A model generated the notes under the pieces. The model searched no databases and was not told the DNA's origin. It saw only the letters and a list, made by a program, of their open reading frames with translations. A stretch of 64,000 nt of DNA from Octopus vulgaris (Eukaryota), in the NCBI GenBank assembly GCA_951406725.2, contig OX597827.1, positions 14,756,001 through 14,820,000 of the forward strand. Direction: 5' to 3'. Of this stretch, positions 1-14,174 are shown in pieces (position 1 is the stretch's first letter; the number at the start of each line of letters is the position of its first letter). The translations under genes and the position numbers were made by a program.

Positions 1-190
1 CACTTTGCCTCCGTGAGGCCTAACGCTCAAAAGGAACTTTACCTCTGTGAAGCCCAACATTCAAAATGAACTCAGGCACTTTGCATCCATGGGGCCCAAC
101 GCTCGAAAGGAACTCAGTCACTTTGCCTCTGGGAGGCCCTACACTTGAAAGGAACTCAGCCACTTTGCCTCCATGAGGCCCTATGCTCAA
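1..190. repeat. Degenerate minisatellite, about 5 units of 35-50 bp, truncated by the window edge
   Basis: Repeated CACTTTGCCTCYRTGAGGCCYAACRCTCRAAAGGAACTCAG. Resembles GCCTCTCTGATGCCCAATGTTCGAAGG at the RTE ORF2 end (62781-62807). Confidence 0.75.
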
Positions 191-455
191 ATATATATAT
201 ATATTATCATTCTTTTTATACTTTTTGGAAAAAAAAAATTATATTTATATATATATATATGTATATATATTATATATTATATATTATATTAATTATATTT
301 ATGTTATTTATTATTTATGTATTGGTTTATGTCTATCACTGTTTGAGTTGCCTAATAGTGGTTTTATCTCTAATTCATATTTTATATATTTATACTGTGA
401 AATTTGATTTAATACTAAATCTAATTTTTCCCTGTAAGTTTGGAGACATACTCCC

Positions 456-499
<44 letters not shown>

Positions 500-877
500 C
501 CTTATCTTCATAAATCTCTGAATTTGTAAGAGACACATCCATTAATGAGTCATAAATTAAGCAAACAGCCAAACAAGGTTTAGGCAAGAGATCTGATTAG
601 AGATGGTGTGTTGAAACTAAAACAATTGCAATGTGAAAGATACATTAGTTACTGAAAATCACACAAAATCTGTTAAATTAATGTAACACAATCCATACAA
701 CAGAAGCATATTGCCTTCTCGTATCTATAGCTGTGAAGTCTCATATGGGTGGTTAAAAGACACAGGTAAGCTTCTCTGGGGTTTCAAAACATAGCAAGTA
801 GGGCACATATAAGCTTGTTTGGGATTTTACAGCTGTCTGTGAGTGATACAGGTGAGCATACTGGGATTTGATAGCTA

Positions 878-1090
878 TGCTGGCAGAAACGTTAGCACGC
901 CAGGCGAAATGCTTAGCAGTATTTCGTCTGCTGCTATGTTCTGAGTTCAAATTCCGCCAAGGTTCATTTTGCCTTTTATCCTTTCGGGGTCGATTAAATA
1001 AGTACCAGTTACGCACTGGGGTTGATATAATCGACTTGATCCGTTTGTCCTCTCTGTGTTTAGCCCCTTGTGGGTTGTAAAGAAATAGAA
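878..1090 (+). mobile_element. tRNA-derived SINE, family B (GCCTTTCATCCTTTCGGGGTCGA core)
   Basis: Head with TGGCAGAAACGTTAG and GAGTTCAAATTCC boxes, conserved core, tail TTAGCCCCTTGTGGGTAGTAAAGAAATAG. Other copies at 16077-16308(-), 30275-30510, 31265-31445, 31660-31945, 36378-37225 (several), 45955-46580(-, several), 55840-55995(-). Confidence 0.85.
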
Positions 1091-1144
1091 ATAGATAAGA
1101 GATACATATATGCGTCTGTGGTATGGATAGTGTTAACTATTATA

Positions 1145-2337
1145 TGGTGCCAAAATTTTCATCACACGCACTGTGACCTGGTCACCGACGTGATTCCACT
1201 GCTTCTATTTTGTGAGGTAACTGCTTGATATATATAGTTTCCAAAATTGTTTGTTTGTTTAGATTTTTCAATACAGGTCAAAGATTTGAGCAAAGTTGGC
1301 TCCAACTTCATGCATGCATGAAGGCACACTGGCAAAATGCTGCTCCTCTAAATTGAAACTTTACCTGTTATAGTGGTTTTGTGGCATGGAGCAAGCAGGC
1401 CTTGCTGTCCACTGAAGAAAACACATAGTAAATGATCCACAAGCACTTAGGCAAACTGAGATGGGTGTTCACTGTCAGTTAACATGAAAATTTTCTTAGC
1501 ACCAGAACATCTCTTGGGAAATAGGTTTAGCACACAAATGGTAATGGACTTCTAAGTATTCCATAAAAAATGGCTGCATCAAAACGTTTCTGACACAGAT
1601 GATTCAAACAGAAAATGGGACTGTTAGAAACATAGCATAAGTTTAAATATTTAAAACCTTTTCATCTTCAAAGATGAAGTTAATAATCCAACATATGATA
1701 TTCTTATTGATCTTTGAAATTCTAAATTTTTAATACAGAAAAGAAAAGCATGAAAAGAGAGCTGTCAGTAATTGCTATTTTATAGTGCTATAGGATTATT
1801 TTTATAATTTCACTCCAAGTCAGACTTAATCAAGCAGACTTAGGATTAGAGGCATTCCATCAATGACCATCCCAACTCAGGTTACATTATCAAATATGTC
1901 TTGTTTATAAAGAAGATGGTAGGTTTTGATTTGAGGAAAATTTGGCTGCTATTTTTATAAGGGTGAGTGAACATGTAAAGGCTTCTTTGTTAACTTGTAG
2001 AAACCTGGTGTTGTTTATCCCTGCTTCAGCCCTAATTGAGCAGACTTATAATCAAAAGCATTCCATTCATGACCATCAAAACATTCCCAGTTCTTAGACG
2101 GTTTTAGGAGATGAGAAGGAATGCAACTATTATTTCTATAAACGATAGAAACTCTGTAGAGTTTTCTTTGTTATCTTGTAGAATCTTAAAATGATTTTGA
2201 TAACAGAGATGGATTGAATCTAGGCAAGAGATGACTGTTAAATGTACCCTGGTATTTTCCATAGCATTGTTAAATATATGCAGTAGAATCTTGTTGGTGA
2301 CCAGGTCACAGTTTGCACGCTGAAAATTTTGACACCA
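1145..2337. mobile_element. Old DNA-transposon relic bounded by ~58-bp imperfect inverted repeats
   Basis: 1145-1202 TGGTGCCAAAATTTTCA...CTGTGACCTGGTCACC...ACTGC is the reverse complement (about 80% identity) of 2280-2337. No intact ORF inside. Confidence 0.55.
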
Positions 2338-2347
2338 CCTAACAAAT

Positions 2348-2744
2348 ACTCTTTTACTTGTTTCAGTCATTTGACTGTGGCCATGCTGGAGCACCACCTT
2401 TAGTCGAGCAAATTGGCCGCAGGACTAATTCTTTGTAAGCCTAGTACCTATTCTATCAGTCTCTTTTGTTGAACCGCTAAGTTATGGGGATGTAAACACA
2501 CCAGCTTTGGGCTTTGGTTGTCAAATGATGTTGGGGGGACAAACACAGACACACGAACATATACACACACGCATATACATATACATATATATGACGGGCT
2601 TCTTTCAATTTCCATCTACCAAATCCACTCACAAGGCTTTGGTCAGCCCGAGGTTATAGTAGAAGACATTTGCTCAAGGTGCCACACAGTGGGACTGAAC
2701 CCGGAACCATGTGGTTCGTAAGCAAACTACTTACCACACAACCA
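2348..2744 (-). mobile_element. tRNA-derived SINE, family A (CCTTGGGCAAGTG CORE-like motif, central TA/TG microsatellite)
   Basis: Head GTGGCTGTGTGGTAAG...GGTTCAGTCCC, tail CAGCATGGCCGCAGTCAAATGACTGAAACAAGTAAAAGAG. Matches many copies in the window. Confidence 0.9.
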
Positions 2745-2905
2745 ATGATAAGTGTTTATGTAAAGTTAATGGTCTTCATATGTTTTTGAATGGCTAATGT
2801 GCGTCTTCCATGAGGCAAGTATAGTTAAATAAGAAAAAATACAATTAATTTGTAATCTAAGACCTAGTTTAATGAATTAGGATGTTTGTCATGAATAATA
2901 GTTAT

Positions 2906-3262
2906 GTGGCCGATGCCAGTGCCGCCCCGACTGGCTCCTGTGCCGTTGGCATATAAAAAGACCATCCGAACGTTGCCAGCGCCGCCTTGGCTGGCTTCCG
3001 TGCCGCTGGCATGTTAAAAGCTCCAGCCGATGGTGACCGATGCCGCCCCCCCCCCCCACTGTCACCTGTGCAGGTGGCACATAAAAAGCACCCACTACAC
3101 TCGCGGAGTGGTTGGCATTAGGAAGGGCATCCAGCTGTAGAAACTCTGCCAGATCAGACTGGAGCCTGGAGCAGCCCCTGGCTTCCCAGACCCTGGTCGA
3201 ACCGTCCAACCCGTGCTAGCGCGGAAAACGGACGTTAAACGATGATGATGATGATGATGATG
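2906..3262 (+). mobile_element. RTE 3'-end element with internal ~60-bp repeats and (GAT)n tail
   Basis: Same 3' end (AGGAAGGGCATCCAGCTGTAGAAAC...GGACGTTAAACGATGATGAT) as the RTE copies that still carry ORF2 at 57428-58119 and 62315-63765. Confidence 0.85.
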
Positions 3263-3514
3263 AGTGCTGCGTGATGTTCCAACCATCAATGAATGTAGTT
3301 TGGTTTTGTATATAAAATATCAGAAGCTCTTCAGTTTCCAGGTATTACTTTAATGGAGTTCATATAATTTCTGCTTTTCCTCATCATTCTTATCATCGTT
3401 TAACATCCGCTCCCCATGCTGGCATTGGTCAGTTTGACGTGGAACTGGCCAGATGGGAGCTATCCACACTCCAATTGTCTGTAGTGACATCGCTTCTACA
3501 GCTGGATGCCCTTT

Positions 3515-3815
3515 CTGTTCCTTTTCGAGCCATGCCTGGCTCATAAGGGCCAGTTGCCCGGTTTCCTTGTCATATAGGTTCCCCACCTGGATGGAACGCC
3601 AGTCCGTCACAGGTGAGCTGCAAGATGCAGGAGGAAAGAGTGAGAGAAAGTTGTGGTAAAAGAGTCAGCAGAAGTTCGCCATTACCTTCTGCCAGAGATG
3701 CATGGAGTTTAGGTGTTTCGCTCATAAACACACACATCGCGTGTTCTTAGATTTGAACCCACAATCCTTTGACCGTGAGTCTGCTGCTCTAACCACTAGG
3801 CCATGTGCCTCCACA
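3515..3815 (-). mobile_element. tRNA-derived SINE, family D (tail CCCTTATGAGCCAGGCATGGCTCGAGAAG)
   Basis: Matches copies at 27688-27995, 43797-44101, 54252-54560 and 56163-56450. It interrupts an RTE-type tail. Confidence 0.85.
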
Positions 3816-4261
3816 CACAAGTGAACATATATAAAACAAAATATGAATATTGAAAGAAACATCTATAGAACTAGTTTATAAACATTGAATGGCTGTAGGG
3901 GTCCGCCAGAGTAAAATATCCCTCAAAGGGCTTCATAGGTAAAAGATAGTTGAGAACCACTGAAGTAGGCCTTTGACCACAAGACATTCAAGTTGTGATC
4001 TTGTCTTTTTGCGGGGACATAAGACCATATTATCTATATCCTTTCTTTATGTAAAACTGTAGTAGGTTATTAATGTAAGATTTGGCTGTTATTTCTAACA
4101 GATCAAATAACTGACCTGATAAAGGCTTCTTTATTTGTTCAAAGTCTTTCATGGAATGAAGTTAAATTTTCCCTTAGCTCAGACAGAAGTCCATGCAAAG
4201 TAATATCTAAATAAACATGTTGCTAAATTCACAACTAGATAAACTGAATATATATATATAC

Positions 4262-4293
<32 letters not shown>

Positions 4294-4316
4294 GAATATA
4301 TATATATACATACATA

Positions 4317-5467
<1,151 letters not shown>

Positions 5468-5662
5468 AATTTTCCTGGTCAGGATAATTGCAAACCAGCA
5501 TGAATATTTAATTTCTAGTTTGAAATCATTGCAAAATTATGTATTAAAACTGAATAAGGTGCCAAAAGACCAATAATTTAAAACATCAAAGCAAGCCAGA
5601 CCATAAATTCAGATTATACTATTAATAAAATTCTAATTGTAAACTGTTCATGGATATCTTCT

Positions 5663-6046
5663 GCAGGCGTGGCTGTGTGACTAAGAAGCTCACATTTGCA
5701 ACCGAGTGGCTTTGAGTTCAGCTGTGCAGCAGTCTCTTCTACTATAGCCTTGGGCCGACCAAAGCCTTGTGAGTGGATTTGGTAGATGGAAACTGAAAGA
5801 AGCCTCTCATGTGTGTGTGTGTATATGTTTGTGTGACTGTGTTTGTCCCCACAAAATCGCTTGACAATTGATGCTGGTGTGTTTATGTCCCGATAACTTA
5901 GCAGTTCGGTAAAAGTGACCGATAGAATAAGTACTAGGCTTACAAAGAATAAGTCCTGGGGTCAATTTGCTCGACTAAAGGTGGTGCTCCAGCATAGCCG
6001 CAATCAAATGACTGAAACAAGTAAAAGAGTAAAAAAGAGTAAAGAG
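5663..6046 (+). mobile_element. SINE family A copy
   Basis: Head, core, (TG)n centre and tail as at 2348-2744. Further copies at 7687-7985, 8220-8470(-), 16322-16710(-), 17608-18009(-), 22990-23420, 45530-45895, 50422-50785, 56700-57240(-). Confidence 0.88.
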
Positions 6047-6327
6047 TATGTATGTATGTATGTATGTATGCATATCAAAAAGAGAGGTCAAACGTCCTTC
6101 CTGAGCCATAGTCTCACACAGCCAGTTTCCTGAATTTTATGGCTGGTCTGTTATAGGATTACTCATTTTTGCCAGCTTGTTGAATTGGAGCAGTGTGAAA
6201 TAGAGTGTTTTGCTAAAGAACAAAGCACATCACCCGGTCTAGGAACTGAAACCACAATCTTACAATAATCAATGCAACATCTTCACCACTAAGACACATA
6301 TCTCTACACACATATAATATATACATA

Positions 6328-6700
6328 TGGCCCAGTGGTTAGTGCAGCGGACTCGCGGTTGTAGGATCGCGGTTTCGATTCCCAGACCGGGCGTTGTGAG
6401 TGTTTATTGAGAGAAAACACCTAAAAGCTCCACGAGGCTCCGGCAGGGGATGGTGGTGATCCCTGCTGTACTCTTTCACCACAACTTTCTCTCACTCTTA
6501 CTTCCTGTTTCTGTTGTACCTGTATTTCATGGGGCCGGCCTTGTCACTCTTTGTGTCATGCTGAATATCCCCGAGAACTACATTAAGGGTACACGTGTCA
6601 GTGGAGTGCTCAGCCACTTACACGTTAATTTCACGAGCAGGCTGTTCCGTTGATCGGATCAACCGGAACCCTCATCGTCGTAACCGACGGAGTGCTTCCA
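6328..6700 (+). mobile_element. tRNA-derived SINE, family C (tail CGTCGTAACCGACGGAGTGC)
   Basis: Boxes TGGCCCAGTGG and GGTTTCGATTCC. High identity to 13783-14170 and 38820-39208. Reminiscent of the octopus OR/OK tRNA-derived SINEs (family assignment not verified). Confidence 0.9.
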
Positions 6701-7082
6701 GTCCATATACATATATTATATTTTACCCTCCCTCCCTCCCTCTCTCTCTCTCTCCCTCTTTCTCCCCCTCCCCTTCCACATAGTCACAGACACTGATCCT
6801 TTGCTAGTATCATACTCTATGAAGGTGCATAGTCTTAGTGGTTAGAAGTGTTGCACACACGATATCAAGGACATGGTTTCAATTCCTGGACGAGGCCATG
6901 TGTTGTGTTCTTGAGCGAAAAACTTCATTTCATATTGCTCCTGTCCACTCAACTGAAAATAGTGTCCCTGCAATGGACTGGTTTCCTGCTCAGGAGGAAT
7001 GTTCTAGAACTCAAGACAGAACTTTACTTTACTGCCATACTCTGATCGGTACATGGCTTAGTGGTTAGGCTGTTGGACTGTT

Positions 7083-7441
7083 CATCATCATCATCGTTTG
7101 ATGTCCGCTTTTCATGCTAGCATGGGTTGGACGAATGACTGAAGGCTGGCGAACCAGATGGCTGCACCAGGCTCCAATCTTGATCTGGGAGGGTTTCTAC
7201 AGCTGGATGCCCTTCCTAACGCCAACCACTCCAAGAGTGTAGTGGGTGCTTTTACGTGCCACCGGCACAGGGCCAGTCAGGCAGTACTGGCAACGACCTT
7301 GCTTGAATATTTTACACATGCCACCGGCACAGGTGCCAGTAAAGCGATGCTGGTAACGATCACGTTCGAATGGTGTCTTTTATGTGCCACCGGCACGGAG
7401 GCCAGATAGCCGCTCTGGCAACGACCACGCTCAGATGGTGC
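7083..7441 (-). mobile_element. RTE 3'-end element
   Basis: (CAT)n followed by the reverse complement of the shared RTE tail and repeat units. Confidence 0.85.
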
Positions 7442-7981
7442 TCGATTATAAAATTGTGGTTTCAATTCTTGAATTTTGTAATGCATTGCGTTCTTGTGCA
7501 AAACACTTCATTTCATGATGCTCAAGTTCATTCAGTAATCAAAAGTGAGTAATTATGTGACAGACCAGCATCCTATCCAGGAGAGGAGTATATGTACCAT
7601 GGAAACTAGGAAACTGGGCTGATGAGTTTATATGACTAGGGAATGATATATATACACATATATACATGTGTGTTTATATATATATGTGGATTTGGTAGAC
7701 GGAGACTGAAACAAGCCTGTCGTATATATATGTGTGTATATATATATATATATGTATGTGTCTGTATATGTTTGTGTGTCTGTGTTTGTACCCCCCACCA
7801 TCGCTTGACAACCGATGCTGGTGTGTTTACGTCCCCGTCACTTAGCGGTTCAGCACAAAGAGACCAATAGAATAAGTACTGGGCTTACAAAGAATAAGTC
7901 CCAGGGTCGATTTGCTCGACTAAAGGTGGTGCTCCAGCATGGCCGCAGTCAAATGACTGAAACAAGTAAAAGAGAGTAAAG

Positions 7982-8032
<51 letters not shown>

Positions 8033-8769
8033 AATAATATAAATAATATATATATTTGCATATATACATATATGTACATATGCATATATGCCTATATATA
8101 TATTATTTATATTATTATATGATTGAACATAACATGTCCATTTCCAAGAAAGTTTTCTCTATCTATCTCTCTCTCGAGAGAGAGAGAGATATATATATAT
8201 ACTCTTTCTTTTCTCTTTTACTCTTTTACTTGTTTCAGTCATTTGAATGTGGCCATGCTAGAGCACTGCCTTTAGTCGACCAAATTGACCCCAGAACCTA
8301 TTCTTTGTAAGCCTAGTACTTATTCTATTGGTCTCTTTTGACGACCGTTAAGTTACGGAGATGTAAACACACCAGCATCAGTTGTCAAGTGATGTTGGGG
8401 GGACAAACAGACACACAAACACACACACATACATATACATATATATACAAATATATATACATACATACATATACATATATTATTTTACTTATTTCAACCA
8501 TTTCACCGTGGTCATGCTACAGTGCACCACCTTAAAGGGTTTTATAGTTGATGAAATCAACCCCAGGACTTATTCTTTGTAAACCTAGTACTTATTCTAT
8601 CAGACTCTTTTGCCGAACTGCTACATTCCTGGGATGTAACCACACCAACATCAGTTGTCAGGTGATGGTGGGGAGACAAATATAGACACAAAGACACACA
8701 CAAATATATACAGAAATATATATGTATGTATGTATATATATATATCAGTGGCGTGCGGTGACCTCCAGC

Positions 8770-9060
8770 GTGGGTGTCTTTTTTTCTTCACAAATGTAAA
8801 TAAACCCAATCTGCTTCTTAAAGGAGGGACATATTCATTATGCACAGAATGTTATTTACGTCAATGGAGGTAATTGATTGGCTAAAATTGCCGAAATGCA
8901 AGAAATTTTAGACGAAATATGCTACAACCTATAGAATTTTCTCAATAAAGCCAAGAGAAAATTAGGTTTTATAAACACATTCTACCAGTATACGAAGTTT
9001 AAAACTTTTTAGTTACCTAGAAATTATGTTACAAAGTGCTGTTCAAAAGGAAAAGATCCC
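8770..9060. mobile_element. Separate dispersed repeat (MITE-like) nested just inside the hAT left end
   Basis: 8860-9060 is the reverse complement of 42442-42650 (TATAAACACATTCTACCAGTATACGAAGTTTAAAA...AAAAGATCC). Confidence 0.7.
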
Positions 9061-9924
9061 TGAATATGCAATCACCCCCGTATGACCTAGAATAAAAAAA
9101 AAAAGGGAATAAAAAATGGCTGTGTAGAGATGAGCCTGAAATAAGTGTATTGTTTGTATTATTCTTTGCTCTTCGAAACGTCAGTACTTTCCCATCCTCA
9201 TTCTCCCTTAGAAAAGTCTAAAAATCATAAGTGAAATGTAATAAAGATGAAATTGGATTCTGTCAATATTTTTGCATGTTCAGAATCTCTGTTAAAGGTA
9301 GGAATCCGAAAAAGTTTTTTCACAAAAGTTTGTTTTTCAAAGAGGTGCGATTCTGCATTAGCCCCTATACCTATTGGTTGAGCCGAATCAATTTGAAATG
9401 ATTTAATTAAAAGAACACATTTAGTTACACTATATGGCCATGGTTTTAGATCGTTACACTCTCGAAGACAAGTCAGGAGCTTTATCATGCTACTTTCCGG
9501 GAAAATTATTGACTGTTCTGAGACTTACTGAACTTTGTACATTAAAAGACTACGTCTCACGCAGACACATTGAAAATACACGCATATACATGAATACACA
9601 CACAATGAAAGACAGCGAAAATTCAACATGGTAAAAAGCCTCCCAAAACTGTTGTGGCAGAAGTCAACATCTCTGAGATTGAAACAAGACACTTATTGAA
9701 AGTGAAACAAGACACTTATTTACAGCCGTAAATAGACTCCACCCAGCAGCACAGAAAGGGAAATCTATGTAGGTTAGGTTTGACGAAGAAATCGAAACAT
9801 TTCTCCTGCGAAACAATACTGATGTAAGAAGGTCGAACCTTCCGTTATAACAAACACTAAGCAAAACCTGTAATATATGCTCTTTAATATATTAATTTTT
9901 TTATGTTTTAAAATGTTATTTATC

Positions 9925-12064
9925 TCATTTATAAATTAATTCAATTCTTCGATCTTTCTGGGCAAATATATCTATCACATTTTCATAGAAATCTTCTCTT
10001 TCATCAATTCTGTAATAAATCTTTTTCAATTGACATTAGTGCTAACCCAGACAGTCTTCTTTCTCCTGTCGCATTTCTTTGGTATGTTTTAATTCTACTT
10101 AATGCAGAAAAAGGATCGCTCTACAGAAGCAGTGGTAGACGGAATTGCCAAAATCAACTTGCACAGATTGAAGAGTTCTGGCATAGCTTCAACAAGATCA
10201 CTGCTGTTAATGTAACTCATTAAATGACTTACACTTGGTTTTTTAAAATCTTTCATTGAATACATCACATTGAGCTCACTTTGTAATCGTATTACATCAA
10301 AAATCTGCCATAAGTTGTTCTTAAAGAATCTAAAGAGTCCACAGGAAATTGTTTGCAATACTCATCAACTTTGTTGAAATTCAAAAGTTCTATGAATTTA
10401 AACTCTTCTAAGAATGAATATCGTGCTTTTATTTGGTCAACTATTGTACTGATAATTTTGTTATAAAGCATTCTATAATGTCGTTGGGGATGAATAGATA
10501 TATTCTTGGATCTCTGAATTCCGATTCCTGCATCGACTCCATATTTTTCCCCTAACCTATCATAAAAGATTGAAAAATTATCAAGTTTGTTTTCGAGTAT
10601 AGTTCTAGTTTTATCGATTTGCTCTTTACAATACACTATGTCATGACTTTTACTCTGGAGGATGTTAAATAAGACGTCAGTAAAAGAAAAAATGTCACTG
10701 AATACTTCTAACAAAAATAAGAAATCAGGAGCTTTTAAAGTGTGTAAGAATCCAATTGCTGAATTTATGGTGGTATCATCCCATGCTTCAGGATTTTCAA
10801 TGATGTGTTCAAAAAGGCTGATTATGAAATTACAATTTTCCTTTGTGGTAATAATAAGACGTGAGGAGTAATTCCATCTAGTTGCTGTTGCTTTCGGAAA
10901 ATTTTTTTAACAATGTTATCTAATGCATTAGCCCTTTTCGGTGATTTCATAAAAAATGTACCGAGTCCGTTTATTGTAGAAAAAAATATCTTGCATTCTT
11001 TCATAGCAGAGCATGATTGTGAAAGAACTAAATTCAGGATATGGGCACAACAATGAATAAAGATCGCACATTCATATTTCTTTCTTACTTTTGCCTGTAA
11101 CCAATTTAGTTGTCCTGCCATTGTAGCGGCACTATCATATGTCTGTGCAATCAATTTGTTTCCACATTCCCACGTCTCAATGCATTTAAAAACAAGTTCA
11201 GATAAAGCATTTGCAGATCGATCTGCACTAACATCACGAAAACCGATAAATCGTTCTTTCGTCACACAGTCTTCTGTAACATAACGTAAAACTGTTGACA
11301 GTTGTGAAGATGCTGAGACAGCAGATATCTCATCAACAAGAATAGAAACAAACTTAGTTTGCTCAATTTTCTTCTGCATCTCATTTAACATAACTTTATG
11401 AATTGCTTCGATCAAGTCATTTTGAATTCTGATCGACAGACCGGTGAAGATAGAAGCTGTATCTAGATGACTTTCCATTTTTTGTCATATTTACTGATCA
11501 AATATACGAGTTCTTTATAATTTCCACGATTATTAGAGCCTTCAGATTCAAAATGACCCCGAAACGATAATTCATGGAGGCCTAAAAAAATAACAACATC
11601 GATCAATCGTTGCAGAATGGATCTGTTTCGTCTAACTTTCTCATTATGATGTTGTATGCTTTGATTTTTACGTGCATCTAATTGTAAGTCTATGCGAACA
11701 TTCCCGAATATTTTAAGATCTATCAAACATTTTATATGCCTTTGAGAATGCTCGTGCTTTATAATATAGCCATATGTAAATTATTTAAATCATCATAGCC
11801 TTTATCATTCCAAACATGTTTTTCTAAGCCAAAAAGTAAACATGGCCAACAGAATAATTTATTAAGAGCAACACTTCCAGTTAACCATTTTTTCTTTTCA
11901 TACGAATTAACCTGAAATTGTCTCGTGAATTTATTGTTGTAGCTTCGCAAATTAGGTAAATTCGGTGTTGGTCTCCCACCATTTATAATTAATTATTTTT
12001 CATCGAAGTCTCTTTTTGAAAAACTATTTCTCAAAATATCGTTTATAACACACATTTCACTCAT
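9925..12064 (-). pseudogene. Disabled hAT transposase (ZMYM1-like: TTF zinc finger, DUF4371-type region, hAT C-terminal dimerisation domain), about 710 codons
   Basis: Joined ORF fragments give WLTGS..LFCWPCLLF, FRGHFES..NRGNYKEL, ILVDE, QTYDSAATMAG, IHCCAHILNL, TRWNYSSR, IPSTTASVERSF and FAQKDRRIELIYK*. ATG at 12064, TGA at 9925. At least two in-frame stops and about four frameshifts. Confidence 0.93.
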
Positions 12065-12680
12065 TTTGAAAAAGGCTGCTCTTATATAAGAACCCACGTG
12101 GAAGCGCCGGCGTAAATTGTAAGTCAATTTCAACAAAACGGAAAAATACCCTTAGTTAAATTAATTTAAGATTAATTAGCTATTTCTGAAATAAGAAATA
12201 TAATATAGATTATATTTTTGTTTTCAAAACACTCCAAAAATATAATAGTGCAAACGTATGTTTTGGATAAAAAAATTCAAACTTACTGCCAAGCTATTCC
12301 AACATTTCAGCTGGCTAACTCAAGAATTATGGGACTGCTCTTGTTCCGGTCAGAAATTTTACGGGTCAAAAGTGGAACCAGGTTAGCAACAATTCTACAC
12401 TAACAAAGAGAGAGAGGGGGTGTCATGCGGTCTTCTCAAAGCATGACACGCCACAATGAATTTATCGAGTCACTAAGAGAGAGAGAGAGGAAGGAAGGAC
12501 AACTAATACAGAGAGGGAGTGTGTGTCATGCGATCTTCTCAAAGCATTTCTCAAAGCAGAAGTACAAGTCACTGAGAGAGGGGAAGGGGAGACAAAATAT
12601 TTCGAAAACAACTGGACGGATTTTCTTTGAAACAAAGAAGGCATGCAGCGCATACCTTGCATACCTGAGAGTGCACGCCC

Positions 12681-12715
<35 letters not shown>

Positions 12716-13043
12716 GACAGACTTCTTTCAATTTCTGTCTACCAAATCTACTCATAAAGATTTGGCTGGCCTGAGGCTATTAGTAGGAGGTACTTGCCCA
12801 AGATGCCACACAGTGGGACTGAACCCAGAACCATGTGGTTGAGAAGCAAACTTGTTACTTCGCAGCTATGTCTATATATATGTGTGTGTGTGTGTATTTG
12901 ATAGGCAAAGTACACAAAAATTTTCTCTCTCTCTCCCTCCAATGAAACATTCATATAAATTGTAAGAAATTTTTCTCTCGGTAATACATAATCATAAAAT
13001 ATATCTTTATACTTTTTACCTATAAAATACAATGTTTTATTAA

Positions 13044-13434
13044 CCCTTTAAATGCAATAAGCAGTTACATCCACTCAGAATTTTATTACCATTAAATGCG
13101 AAAATTGGTTTTATCCCTTGGCTTTGAAAAAAAAAAACTCCTCCTTATGCTCTGAGAAGCAGAGACACCTCAAGTGACACTTTTTACAGAAAACCATTTT
13201 TTGCAGATTTTCTAATTCTTTCACATATTTCATCAAATATCTCTTTACTGAGTAAAAAATCAAACACTCTTAATAGTAGGTATAGAAACCATGCCTACAA
13301 GAGATATTGCAAAAGTCTCACTGAAGCAGAAAATATCAATTCTATTATTTTTTATTTTGATTTATTTTATTGTTTTGTGAATAATTAACATCATTACAGG
13401 AATGGCCTTGAAAATTTATTATTCTGTGAAAGGG
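13044..13434. mobile_element. Possible piggyBac-type MITE
   Basis: TTAA|CCCTTT ... AAAGGG|TTAA ends, with only a short TIR. Confidence 0.5.
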
Positions 13435-13782
13435 TTAAATGATTATCTAATTTACTTTCATATTATTTTATTCTTCATAATCTTTTTGTTTAAACAGTCA
13501 GAAGGGGATACTATTTTATTATAAGGTTCATCCCTGAGTGCTTCAGTACCTGTAATTACTGCTAGTTAGACATGTGAAGTTATTTAAGCTAAAACTATGG
13601 CAGAGGTTGACATATATATATATATATAACACCATGTGTAGGAACAGCTCGTTAGCACATAGAATAATTTGATTGGATAACTTAACAAATATTTCTTTCA
13701 GTTTGAACCTTACCAAAACTGATCACCAAACATCAAAGAAATAATGTTGCTGTTGTTATTATTGGTGTCATGAATAATGGTT

Positions 13783-14170
13783 TGTGGAGGCGCAATGGCC
13801 CAGTGGTAAGGGCAGGGGCCTCGCAGTCTTAGGATCGCAGTTTCGATTCCCAGACCGGGTGTTGTGAGTGTTTATTGAGTGAAAACACCTAAAGCTCCAC
13901 GAGGTTCCAGCAGGGGTTGGTGGTGAACCCTGCTGTACTCTTTCACCCCAACTTCCTCTCACTGTTTCTTCCTGTTTCTGTTGTACATGATGTATTTCAA
14001 AGGGGCCAGCCTTGTCACATTCTGTGTCACGCTGAATCTCCCCGAGAACTACGTTAAGGGTACACATGTCTGTGGAGTGCTCAGCCACTTGCACGTTAGT
14101 TTCACGAGCAGGCTGTTCCGTTGATCGGATCAACTGGAACACTCATCGTTGCAACCGACAGAGTGCCATT
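13783..14170 (+). mobile_element. SINE family C with TSD
   Basis: Full head and tail. AATAATGGTT is duplicated at 13773-13782 and 14171-14180. Confidence 0.92.
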
Positions 14171-14174
14171 AATA

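Larger units (their letters stand above)
8746..12683 (-). mobile_element. Full-length hAT (Tip100-like) DNA transposon, 3938 bp
   Basis: TIRs CAGTGGCGTGC (8746) and GCACGCCCCTG (ending 12683), 10/11 match. ATATATAT on both sides is compatible with an 8-bp TSD. It splits a family A SINE (8480-8745 resumes at 12684-12870). Confidence 0.92.

Noticed and set aside
6328-6395. SINE heads as functional tRNA genes
   Set aside because: They have A/B boxes but no complete cloverleaf, and they continue into SINE bodies, often with TSDs.
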